Shown here in pieces: positions 38,461 through 51,700 of a DNA stretch of 64,000 nucleotides. Numbering within the stretch: the stretch's first letter is position 1; every line of letters starts with the position of its first letter. Both the position numbers and the translations under genes were made by a program. The notes beneath the pieces were generated by a model. That model ran no database searches. It was not told the DNA's origin and saw nothing but the letters and a program-made list of their open reading frames with translations. The stretch comes from Ophelia neglecta (Eukaryota). The stretch lies in NCBI GenBank assembly GCA_965285935.1, contig OZ260661.1:93992001-94056000 (forward strand). Direction: 5' to 3'.

Positions 38461-39666
38461 GTATGTATATAGATTTCCTTTTCCAAACACCTGTATCACT
38501 GTGTACTAGTCCTTAATGGACTGAATAGATAGATTGCACAATGTTTTGGTTGTGGGTAAATGGGACATTTGGGTCCCCACAGTGTCTGATTGTACCGGGC
38601 AATGATTCGTAGGCTGCCGGACAATGCACTGACCCATGAGGCCAACCAGTTGATCAGTTTGGAGTATACCTGGTCTGTGTAGAGAGTAATCTCCCATGGA
38701 GGTGCATTCAGCCCGTCAAAGCCCCACACTAAGCTGGTAAATGAGGCATGCGGCCTACAGAATCACTGACGCCAACACACCTTGACTGGTAATGGAGTTG
38801 ACACAAAGACAAGAGGGGGACATTTACATTTGTATGTGGCCTCACCGGGATGCCACAATACATGTGGTCTATTACACAGACACTGCAAACCCTCCTTTCT
38901 CTGTGTTGTCTAACCCTATGTGGACATCAACTGTGAATATTTCATACTGCCTGGCATCGGCCCCAAGTGTTTACCTATTATCGCTCAGTTGGTGCCCAAC
39001 CTGAAGGCACATTGCCTGCCATATCTAGCTTGAAGTGTAATTTTCTTGCACTTTCCATGCACATATACAATGAGATCACATTTTTCCTTGTTTACTATTG
39101 GGAGAATATTCTGCCCCTGCGAGAATCTTGCAGGTTACTCAAAGCGGGACAGTATCATGCCTATGAGGCAGTCAGTATCTTGGACTCCTGATCACTCTAT
39201 TAAAATGTTCCCAATCCCCATGAGTCAGTCCCTAAGTCAAGTCCAAGCTCAATTCTTGTCCTGCAATGTCGATTAACGTTAAGATCTCTTGTGGAGACTC
39301 CCCTCCAGCACCAATAATGCAGTTTCCTTCACTGGTCTAATGCTCGACCGAACTAGGCAGAAATACAATTTACCTTAAACAATATCAGTTTATTAAAATT
39401 GAGAAAACGCTGTAAATGAATAGCACCCTTCACATCCATTTAGATATTAGAGGGTGGAAAGTGGATTAGGCGTCTGCAGGAACAGTAGACGTTGAAGGGG
39501 CTTTCTGGGGGCACGCCGCGTAGAATTGCCATAATACCATTACTGCCGCTAACAATGCTCGTCAAATTGGCTAAAAGCAACCTGGCATATTTCTCCACCA
39601 TATACACTTACCACTATTTCACCAGTGATTGTTGTAATAATGGTTGTACATTTCTTCTTTTTCCAG

Positions 39667-39717
39667 ATGATTCAAGCAATCCAAGTGCTAAGGTTCCACC
39701 TACTTGAATTAGAAAAG
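39667..39717 (+). CDS. Meis: Meis coding exon 5 (MIQAIQVLRFHLLELEK), MEINOX/HM-B
   Basis: Acceptor tttcttctttttccag, donor AAG|gttagt. The peptide matches the canonical Meis MH-B segment. Confidence 0.98.
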
Positions 39718-42700
39718 GTTAGTATCCGCTACAGAATATATTTTTGTTCATCATTTTTGCCTGCTACAAAATTACAAGCCAAAATGTCAGGGCCACTTTG
39801 GTATAAATAAAACACAAAAAAAGGTGATATTAAAAAAAAAGAATATTTATGACTGCCAGAAGCACTTACCATGCATATACAACACAGCACAGTACAATGA
39901 CACCATACTGAGTCTATAAAAGTCCCCCCCCCCCCTCCCCCCTGAGCTTATTAATTATATTTTTAATTATGTTAAGATAGGATACTGATTATTACCCAGT
40001 ATTGATTAGACAGGTTAAAAAACCCCACCTAGATTAGGCTAACAAGCTCCCGGTAAACATTACGTTTTGAAACCAGTAGGTAATTATATCTCCATTTAAT
40101 GGGTCTGCCTGAAAATCGATCAGCTTTGCATAAATCTGTCATAAAAATATGTGACTCCATGAAAAGATGAATGGTGAAATACTCTGATAAAATGGCTGCA
40201 ATAATTTCTAACACAATCTGCAGTCATTATTTTGAATTCTATAGATTTTATATCACTTTTAAGAGGCATTTTGTAAAATTTATGTCTGGTGTTTTATTCA
40301 AGTTGCCAAGATTTCCAGTTAATGCCTAGGCTGACAAGTTGGGTGGTATAATTAGTTGTCCCAGTCCCTGTCTTAGAGTCTTAGAAGTAATCTTCTTACA
40401 GCCTAAAACCTTAATGACATTAACTCTCCAAATATTATGTTTGCTATGGTGGTTCTAAGTATGTTTTCAGCAAACAGCCATGTACTAGGCATTCCTATTG
40501 AGAGGCTAGTTGTCCGGTTTGACGAGCTGGGTGACTTGATATTATGATTGTATGGACCTTGCAATGGCCTGGCTGACCTCTCACAGTCAGCTTTATGTGT
40601 GATTATTGCCGATCTCAGTGGCGCTGCTATAATATTGATACTAATGGGATAATCATTACTCCTGTTATGGCCAATGGTCTTATTTCACCATTCATTCATA
40701 AAATCGACAATGGTCACCTACAAGAATTGCCATGTGTTTACGGGTGTGGACTGTAGATGTGATATTACTTGAGCCTGACTTAACAGCATTTTGCGGGATA
40801 TTTCCTCGTTTTCTACATGTTGACATGTTTTCCGAGGGAGCTGTGTGCATGTACACTGCTGCCTAGTAACATCAGATCTCACATTGCGTGGTCCTGCTTT
40901 ACTGCTCGCTATTGCACATCCCTGATTTTCTTAAATCTATCGATTTTCTGATTCCTACTCGGGGGATGTCTCAAAAGGCTGAGGGCAGAGTGAAGAATCA
41001 CATCATATCATTGGAATCTTACAGCCCCAAGCAAGGATGCTATCTCTGCCGTCACTTCAGCCCGGCCGCCTAGGAGCCACTTTGGTGAAATTTCCTCCGG
41101 ATTTTATGGTTTGTTTGGGCGGCTGCCCAGACTAGCACCCATCCAGGATAGCTGGATGGCAGCTAAAAATGTAACCAACAGACTTAATGAGTCATTAGGC
41201 GGCCAGCCTTGCATATGTTTAACCTATATTGGGGTCACGGGCTAGGGGAGGTCATTATAGATACACCACATTGACAATACTGTCTGGCCAGTGGTTGCTG
41301 CTGTATACATGTGATGTAGGTTACATTTATATACCAACATTTACTCCAAGATAAATACTAGATCTTTGGCCTCTCAACAGTACTCGTACGCTAGGGCAGT
41401 GATTTGTCAAATCTGGCCTGCCCACATTGTGTTCAATACCTGAATGGGGAACTGATGAATTAGCCTGTCTGGCAAACAAGCAAGCCAGAAAGCCTTATGA
41501 TAATTGAGTATTGATATGTTAAAGGCCCATCACTTGTAGCAAAGTGTAGACATGTGCATGCATATATAAAGTGTAGCCTAAGGGAATGCCTGTCTTGGCC
41601 TTGCCAAGACTACAACACTGTACTATAACATGGACTACATGTCTGTTCTCCTGTTTATCCTGAAATGTAGCTAGCTTCACCTCTTGGCCGTTTTGAGAGG
41701 GGAGTCTAAGAGAAGCCCCGTGATACCTAGTACATCAGATCCCCGAGCACTCCTTCCCCTATCACTGTATTATCAATAGCTGTGCTTGAATTCCCTCTCT
41801 ACTTGTGCCCAGAAAATACATCTTCCGCAGGGGGACGGCAGGAAATGATCATTTTAGGGAGGCCCTGATAAATTTCGATTCTAGTCGTCCGAAATATGAG
41901 CTCTCGCATAGCACCTAGCTAACTGTGGCTTCGGGTAATGCAGTTGCTAGAAATACAGCATTGGCCCGAGTGATATTAGACTGGATATTATGTTTCTATA
42001 CATAATATCCTGGAAATTTGTCCATCTCATCACAGTCTATTTGTATGCAGTGGCCTCTCACCCCGGCAGAGGCTGAGCGGAGAGGGCCCTCACCATCATG
42101 GGGCCCTCAGAGAGCACACACGGCCGAGATGGTTCTCCTGCCCCCCATTCCCAGCGTAACCCTATTATCAGGCTTTTACTTCCCAAGGAGAATTAATTAC
42201 CCGTCAGCTCTTCTGATACCAGGATAGAAATCTACCTTGGCCGGTGTTTGAATTCCCCTGCCTTGTGCTGGGTGCTCTGGTCAGTGGAGGGATTCCAGCG
42301 ATGATAGCATAATTTAAGCGTACACTTGTACCCCAGATTGCTAGCTAAATGCAGACACTCTGGCCAGTATCTCCCAAAGCAGGCAGACAAATGTTCAGAT
42401 AGTTTACTGTACACATCCTCCCAAAACCATTAAAATGAAATGTGAATACACAATTTGGAAAAGACCAGAATAACAACAAACCACCCTGTGGTGGAAAGAT
42501 ATCTGTTCCAACTCCCCTGCTCAGAGTGTGTGGGGATGGACACAATAATGGTAGGCTACATATCAAATACTTTATGTTAGCAGCTGATACATTAGTTTTA
42601 GTTTGTTTCGACTCTTGTTATGCATCAGGGTCAATGATTTTTTTAGATATGTACCCCAAGCCTTTCTGATAGCAAGTTATATCAACTCCAGGTATAATGC

Positions 42701-45324
42701 TTCACTAAATTATTATCTAGTATTTCAAATGTCCCATGTGTTGTGCATCATTTCACCTGAATAATCTCTAAGGTCAAATTCATACCTTCACAGTAATAAA
42801 AAGCAATTACTATTCCACTATGTGGAAATTAGATCTAATGACATGACATAAATATGCTTTGCCTTGAAACTTTAATATACTATGCACTAATTTAATGTCA
42901 TATCCTGCATAATTCAAATGATATTCAGTCAGAATTCCTTGTCTCTAAATGAGGTTATTTATAGGAAGATGGCTTCAAGGAACCTATTAGGAAATGGTAT
43001 AATTTGAGTAACAAAACCACAGACTTAGAAATGGGCTAGACTATATATGCAAATATTCCCCCTGTGGAAGAAAATATTATGTGCAATTATAACAATTACG
43101 GTTGACAGTGGTATGGGTAGACGCTGATTGTTGTCAGGTGTCATCTGAATTAATCAGAGAACAAATCTGTCACCAAACACTGAACACACTTCTACAACAT
43201 AAAACACATACAATGTCAAGTATATCATGATTTATTTTGTTTTATGTTTTCAATTCATCCATACCCAACAGGTACATGGTAGAAGCTAAAACAATATATC
43301 AAACTAACAATTTGATAGCACTCTTGTGCTGAAACTTATATTTACAAAAATTGTAACATCTTATCAGACATAGATTTTCTACACATTTGACATTAGCCGG
43401 CAGAGAATGTTGCATATATAAATATATATATCCTAATTGGGCTAACTTATCTCCTCATTATCATCGCAATGTTTTATCATTATAATTCTCCTAATATATA
43501 TTTATAATTTTGTTTTGGTGACTAGCATTTATCAAGCAAGACACAATCATGGTTATTGACTGAAATGTAAATCAGTACCCATCAGGTCAAGACTAAAACT
43601 ATTATTTTGATTGTTTAGCCATGAGCAAATAACTAATGTACTATCTAAATTGTATAATTTTATAATTTTAAGAATTGGCTGTCTGGCCTTCACTTTTAAT
43701 GACAAGTTGACCTAAAATCTTGTCTGAATATTCCTTCCATAATAAAATTTTAAAATGAGTTGTTTCACAAAACAAAATTAATCTAAGAAATTACTTTCAT
43801 TGTATTTTGTGCATTGTGCCTTGCCTTGCCATGTTTAATACACAGCCATTTTATGTGTCATTGCTGTTTTCATTTATTCTTCAAAATATGTATCTGCACT
43901 ATTAACAAATTATCCATATGGTGCAGCGCTAGAAAAATGACATTCATATCTATATGCAAATGGCTGCATAAAACACAATAGGCATTGTCTATTAATATTC
44001 TATACAATTTGTAGCAACTGCTAATAGATTTCACTGAAATAATCGCTATTTGTGCAAAAACTGTTAGTAAAATTAAAAATTGAAATGAACAGACAGTTGT
44101 AGTGAAACATTTCCATTATTGCAATTTCCAATTTTTAACAAAAACATGCATAACTATTTCTAATACCCCTATCTGTTGTATTATACACAAGACTATTAAC
44201 CTGAAATTTGATTAAAACTAAAGTATACAACATTTTTCTTTGCTTATCATGTCCTTCCATAGGAAGTTGACCCAGTGACAATATTAGTAATTATTTCCTT
44301 GTGCTTTTTTTCTGTGTAACCCTATGAGTCACACTCTTCATACTTATTATCTTTTCTGTTACATATATATATATATTTACACACTGCAGAACACTTCCTT
44401 TTGCAATATCGCTTACTTGTGCCTTTGACAAAGAAAAAGTTAATAGCAGTAAATTTTCTCCCTTTCCCCGAACGCCTTCTCTTCGGACATCGAAATTTGG
44501 CGAGAATTGATAATCATGTGTATTCACATCATAAGTCTTCAGTACTGTTGGAGCAAATTTTGAATCAATTAACTTGTTTACCTAGACAAAGGTATTAAAA
44601 ATCATAATTTGAAGCAGATAATGGGTGCAATCGATTGGAAAATATACAGTGGAGACTTAGAAAGTTCCACTAAGCATGCCTGTCTCCTAATAGTGGTTAG
44701 TGCATTTTATTCTAGGACTCATTTTTATATGGATCAGACACTTATGTGATGCACGCTAAATTTGATATTTATTTTGATATCGGCAGGAAAAAACATGAGG
44801 CAAACATTAAAACATTAGCATTCCATTCTCTAAGGGGCTTCCAAACATGTGTGTATGACTTTTTATAGGAGTCACTCTGCAAGTGTTACATGTAGACTTA
44901 TATATGTATCCAATGGCAATGTAATGATCATGACTCTGAAGCCAGTCACAAAGTATGACTGCGGTTTTATGTGTTTTTATATTATAACTTTCCCAATTGT
45001 TATACTTGTGACTCAGATTAGACATTTGTGTTATTATTTTCCAGTGAGCTTCTTTTAAGGCAAAACTATAAATATGATCATGAGTCTACTAGACCAGAAA
45101 TTTGCAAATATTAGTTAAAATAAGTGTTTTGTAGTATAGTATTAATTTGAATTCAACAATTGCAGAATTATTTTAATTAATGTTTTATTTGTTATAATTT
45201 TTTCAAGAGCATTTTAGTTAATATTATGGAGCGAAGTGTTGAAGTTGTTGTTAGCCATATGTGTTGTAAGACAATGATATTTAGTAATTTGTTCAGAAGT
45301 TAATCATACATTTATCTATACTAG

Positions 45325-45507
45325 GTGCACGAGCTATGTGATAACTTTTGTCATCGCTACATCAGCTGCTTGAAGGGCAAGATGCCCATTGACCTAGTTA
45401 TTGATGAGAGAGACGGAGGTGGTGTGTCAAGCAAGCAGATCCCAGGACTCAACAGTGATGGAACCAACTCCACTGGTATCACCGACCCTGCCAGCACACA
45501 GGATCAG
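45325..45507 (+). CDS. Meis: Meis coding exon 6 ([30 protein letters not shown]...TQDQ)
   Basis: Acceptor tatactag, donor CAG|gtcaga. Contains the canonical [27 protein letters not shown]; 183 nt, phase 0/0. Confidence 0.96.
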
Positions 45508-45759
45508 GTCAGAATTAACTTTTTTATTCAATATTTTTCATAATTCTCTTCAATATAAGCTCTGTTTTTTCAAGATAATTTTTTGATCAAACAAAATTTA
45601 ATACCATATGAAATGTGACAAGGTGAGTGAGACGAGTAAATTTTCCAAATTTCCCTGTTACTATAGGTCTATGGGAGGTGTTGGGTGCGATCGTTCTGCT
45701 CTTGACTTCAGTGTTGCGATCATTTCTCAATTCTTCTTCCGTCACTCACATTGGTCATA

Positions 45760-45793
45760 TACATGTATGTACATGTACATGTACATGTATGTA
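45760..45793. repeat. (TACATG)n-like palindromic microsatellite
   Basis: tacatgtatgtacatgtacatgtacatgtatgta read directly. Confidence 0.8.
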
Positions 45794-48700
45794 GTATCGG
45801 TTCTCTGAACTTGGCTGCCTGGCCACACAGAGCGTTTTGACCACCATCAGTTTAAGGGGTCGTTCAAGATGAACATCTTTGCCTCAGACATCTGTTGACA
45901 TTGCACATATTAGCATGGCTGTTTATTAATTATTCAGTGTGTTTCCTTTTATTCTGAGAACACCCTAAATTATCTACATTATAAAGGAAATTATCAGGAC
46001 TATAAAGGATGAGGTATCTTGTTTGTTCCTTTGGGAGTTAAGCATCTACCCAGGGCAAGTTTCTTCTCTGTATTCATTTACTGGTAATGACGTGGTGATG
46101 GTTAGCAGCCAAATTATTATATTTCTGCTCCTCAAATGGTGGTTTCTTGCTGCACTGAGATTCAAATGTCACCAATTTCGGCCATCAATGAGCTGCCGAA
46201 TCTGTTCATTTCCTTGGGCTGCGTATGGTTCTCGGAGACCATTATTTTAATTGGTGATAATGCTGGCCAGTTTGGAAGGCTGATGTGCTATAAAGCTAGC
46301 CAGCCAGGCAAATCTCTCCTTGATGAGTGGCTCCAAAAAGCTAGGCTTCTCATGATCAGTGGCCCTAGAACCACAGGCCCTGTGGAGCAGGGCAGTTATG
46401 GTGTTGGAATGCCACTTGGGCCCCTTCACACCCCAGCTAGGAGCCCCTCGTTAGGCCAGACCTCCCCTGCCAGGCAGACTCATTTCAGAACCAATATTGG
46501 GTTTTTACGGGAAGCCTGTGCATAACAAAGATTATCATTACTTCTCTCTTTAACTTCAACAGTAAATAGCAAGTTTGCACCAAATATTCTCAGTGATATG
46601 TTGAGAATCTAGTGCTGCTGTTTTCTGGCCTATGTGCATGTTGTATGGCAGTTGTATTAATAGGGTGATGCATGGCCTGGCATTTCGTACAGGTGCTCCT
46701 CTGCATTTTTATACCTGGATAAAGGACCATCCATATTATTTACTATCCTTCATATCTAAATTACTTAGGGATTAAAGGCATTATTATCGTGTTGTGAAAT
46801 CCGACTAGGCCAACCTTTTTTTTAGTCACTCTGCTTATATATAGATAGACCTCTGCCAAACTTTCCAAAAAAAAGTCATGCAGCTGTTGAGAAAAATGTT
46901 TGGCGGCAGGCGCATGTCTTAAATTTCAAGTAGTTGAAACGATGGTTTAGATGGTTCCTGGGGGTTTACTTTGATGTTTAACCTCAGTTAGTGAAGTTAG
47001 CTTGGATTGCAGAGGGTTGGAGCTGTGACCTTTCAATCCACATGTACCTCTCATACAAACATCCAAATAGTCATTCCATGTAGTGTGGTGACAGTGCATG
47101 CAGGCCAGTCAGAAAGTCAGAGTGGATTGAGGTTCAAACTTTTCACCTGAGTGCTTGAAGCTGCCTTAGGCAGGTGAGATGAGGTGAGATAACAATGATT
47201 TCAGATAGATAACAGTCCTACCTGGCCAGACGGCATTGTCCTACCTTACACTCTCAGTGATAACTATTACAGGCACTGCAAGGCCCGCTATTGACAGGCT
47301 TCTCTGCTGGGGCTTTGACCTACAAGTGCTTGATTGCAGCTTATGACAGGGTAAACTGATGATACAGCTTCCAATTGAAGTAAAAATCCAGTTTAACCAT
47401 CAATACAAAAATACCCATAAAAAGTCCCTAGGTGCAGATGATTGGAAAAATGTACCATAACTATTTAGGATTGGAATATTTCCCCCCTGGTAATATTTAA
47501 CTGTAACCTTTGCCAAAGGGATTACTTTCTAGCATATTGTAGGTCCATTTGTGTGGCAAAACCTTTAAATATGTGACAGATTGGATCACTTGTAGAGAGT
47601 GACAACAGACACAGCATGAAGGTTGGTATAGTTAGTGTTCAAGCACACAACCTAGGTCATTTTTCTCATACTTCTCCTCTGGTAGCCCATAGCCCTTGCC
47701 CTTGCATTATAGCTCATTATGACCAAAATGGTCACAGACAAAGATGTATAGGGGAATATTCAAGGTCTAATGACTGGTCTAATGATTTGCCATTCATGTT
47801 GTTTGAATGGACTTCTCAAGTAGCTGGCTAGGTGAATTTACTGAATTTGCTTTGGTGTGTGATGCGTTTTTCACATTGTTGGCGGTCCCCTGTGACTTGA
47901 GAGGAGCTTTGGTGGCCTTGTGGCTGGCTTCTTCCTGCTAATATGTCCCCAGCGCAGCTAGACCCAGCCTCAACATTCTCCTGTGGTCAGCTGTGAACTG
48001 TTAATTTACATTCTGACATCTCTACGGAGGCATTATGCTAAGAACTAGAATGCTCGCTGTAATAACAGGGAGAAAGCAACTCTCTGTGGCCCTGAACGCT
48101 ATGTGATAGGCTTCTATCATACCCCATCACCAGCGTCTATCTGTACCACATAACCATCATAGCATGGCAGACTTATAACACCTTCTGTACAGTGCAATAA
48201 TAAAGTGGTCAGCTGAAAAAGGGGTCTTAACCAACATGTTGTCTCCTCTCTGCCGTATGACTGCAGCAGACAGGGAAATTGCCTGATCTAGTTGTAGTTT
48301 CACTTTAATCACTGCCTGATTTAAAGATAGCGTTTACTTTTATGGCAGACCTACATGCCATCCATCAGCAGAGATTGGCAGAGTGCTATACTAAATCTCC
48401 TACACAGTATCCCCATTACACCATTGCGTAGGGTGCAGCGTACAATGTTGTAAGATGAATTCCTCGACCCTGTCTATGGGAAACCCATAGGATATGGACA
48501 CTGATAGCGGGAATCCTGCCAACGACAAAAAAAAAACACACCAGTAAAGGCGCTCATTTGTAACGAGGAAGCAGTTTTGGCAATGAGTGCATGTTTAGCG
48601 GGCGATAGTATGTTGTTGATGGAATTGGCCATCAGAGTATTATTATTTGTCATATAGGCAGAAAGCACTTGGCGGGTGCCAATGCATTTTATGTACAAGT

Positions 48701-51700
48701 CGGAAGGTATAAACATCATGAGGAGTGCGATCAAATTCGAAAGAAAACCCTAGCCTGCGGCCAAGGCAAGTTAGAAAATTAGTGTTCTTGTTTTGGCCTG
48801 GACCCACAAACTTGAGCAGAGAACATATGCTTTGTACTATTTCTCCAATTGACTTAGCTAATGATTGGGTAGGTGTGGGTATCTCTCTGGGAGAGGAAAC
48901 AACAGACGGAAAGTCCTGCAGGCCTCTCGCTGCCAATAGGCATATTATACAATGTGTATTTATATACAAAGCTCAAGGCACTGGAGCAAGCTGGCTCTAA
49001 ATGCTCATTTGTGTATTACAGAATGAGGGCAGTGTTTCCTTTGATATTTCTAAACATTCAAGTACTGAAGAGGAGGGACCCACACATGAGTAGCAACCAA
49101 ACCTGGAGCTTGGCCTGAGGCTTATTTGAGAAGGATTATTGCTGACTTTTTAAGCCCTCTTCAAGGCACGATGAAGTGTATGGTATAATACCCTTACATT
49201 CTCAGTGGGTCATTGTTGATACTTTGGCTTGGCTCTTAAATGTATTTGGGCAGAAATGTTCAGGATGTGACAAGTTTTGTCAGCCCAAGATAGCCTGATT
49301 GCCCAGCCCGAAGACAATGGATGTACAAGTCATGTGCACGTGTAATAGTCAGCGACCCTGTTTGACCAGGGGGCGAAGTGTCTGGCTTATCTTTGGATGA
49401 GTGAAGTTGAGGCGAGGGAGTCTCCACGGCAAGGCTTCACTTTATTAGGCTGTCTGCATCCTGGAGGGGCTTTACTCCAGTGTAAAGATGGTATTGACCA
49501 GATAGCTGTGGATTACACTTGTAGCCAATGTGCTGGGAATACAGGATCAATTGATTGCGCTTGATGTTGGCCAAGGGAACAGAACACTGTGCACTATACC
49601 AACTAGGTAAAGAAGGATAGCTCTATGATGAATTCACTTGCACAGATACATTAGTCCTTCACATTATATGGGCTCCATGTTTCCGTATTCCGGCCATGGC
49701 ACACCAACGCCCGTGTAAACGCTTGGAGATAAGCTATACCATCGTTAGTCCTGTAGCTGTTCAATAAATGGCGCCTAGCACTTCCTCGCATCAATGTAAT
49801 TTTATTGCAGATGGCATCTCCAGTAAACCTCTCAGGAAAAACAATGCATCTCCACACTGCCTTCATGGATATTATATGGCCGATGATTTGCTGAGTGAAT
49901 CGTTTCTGGGAGGCAGCCCACAGACAAAACTCTTCCAGCCAGACTAATGCACTGGCCATGATAATCTAATTATTGCTGAACAAAATTTGTTGTGATGCAT
50001 AGAACTTAGGGCTTTAATTCGTCAATTGGTAAGATGCAGAAATCTAATAAGGTGGCACAAATCTTATTCAGAGTTAAATGAATGGCGTTAGGCTTTAGAG
50101 TGAGCAGTGTCGCCTCCAATGAAGGCCTACCTGGCAACGTTGTGGTCAATATTGGAGTGGACAGCTACTTCAGGACATTAGCACAGGGGGCTGACATTTT
50201 GTCAGAAAAACTGCCCTAGAGTCAACTTGCCCAATAACACAGGCACCTCATAAAAAATAGGTGATAATAAAAAGCTCTGTGTTATTTAGGCCTAGCTGGC
50301 CTGCAGAGAGCTCTTATGATTGGTAAAAAGGAAAGGCGTCTGTCAGCTCCTGTGGGATTATGGGTAAATGGGTCAGAAAAGTGGGTCGTCCATGATGGAT
50401 TGAATGCCTGTGAAGATTTTTCCTGATCTGTCATCCAGCTATATGAAGACATCTGCCCTTGAATACTGGCCTGTGTATGAGTAATCATAGTTCTAGAAGA
50501 AAAAAACTCAGACCATCAATTATTTTTCTGTTTTATCCAGCACCATTTTGTGTAAAACCAACATCCCTGTTTACATGCACTGCTAAAGCCACATCTTTTA
50601 TTACAACCCACATAGAATCTTGCCAAAAGGCAATTGTCTGGCAGCAGATAAGGTGTTGAACGTTTGAAACTTTTGTATCATTTGTACTTGGTTTGAGTCC
50701 AAGACAAATGCGCTGGGAGGCGTCGGTGCGTGAGCGAGAGGATCGGATTTTGCCAGTATCTTTTCTCGGCTTTCCACGAGCTCCTGACAATGTGAGCTGT
50801 GTGTAGGACATGGCGCCTATCCTGCAATGTGTTGGCCTCCTGCCCCTAGAGCGTTTACACTACCAGCAGGTACCAAAAGTCAAGTTTGCCCGGCTAATCA
50901 TATAGAAATAATTTCTGAATGGAAGGCAAACAGTCTCCGTTTCTTGAATTTCCCTAGTATTTGTTTAGCAAATTGTAAGTCCAACAGAGCAGGGTCGCTT
51001 CATTTGGTTGCGGATTGGTAGGATAATAGAGGCGATCTGGCCATAATGGCCAGATCAGAGCAGAAGGATTCACTGAGGATCCACGCCTAAGCACATGTTG
51101 ACACAGTGTCTGTAAACTAGCTTATTTCGGTGTCAGCAATATTTAGCTGGAGAGTCACTTTGTTGTTTCTGCCGACGGGGATCCCTGAGCTATAGTGGCA
51201 CACCTTTGCGGAGTCACTACTACCCAGTCTTCTGCCTCCCCAGTCAATCTCGTAAGAAATTCTACCCCCCCCCCCTAGGCCCCCTGTTCGTTTCATTACC
51301 CAGGGCAAGAAGAGAACACTCGGCCAGGAATGTTGCCTTGGATGTTGAGAAGGACTCTAATTATATGTTTCTTGGTTGGTTTTGCATTGAACTCCACTGA
51401 CTTCTAACATTGTGTACCACTCCTGAAGCAGGTTGGTACTAGGCGGCTTCACACCCTGCCCTAAGTGTGTGAATTCTCGTCTAAGCACCTCAAGGTATCA
51501 GTTATAACAGTCAGGGTGTATAGGCTTCCTGCACAAACTCTGCAGCGAATTGAGCAAATTGCCAGCAAAAGGGGGAGCATAATTGAATGCATACAGAATC
51601 AGTGTGGGGAGAGGCGCCTGGCCATGGGATACCAGGTGTAGCTTAAGTAGGAGACGTGTTTTTCCCATTTCCAAGTCGTGATTTGTGTGCCTACACCAGA

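Noticed and set aside
45508-45543. Read-through of exon 6 into the intron ([11 protein letters not shown]) as an HD-less isoform
   Set aside because: No nearby canonical poly(A) signal, and any intron gives such a stop.
46136-46525. 129-aa ORF in intron 6
   Set aside because: No homology recognised and no convincing splice sites in phase with exon 6.
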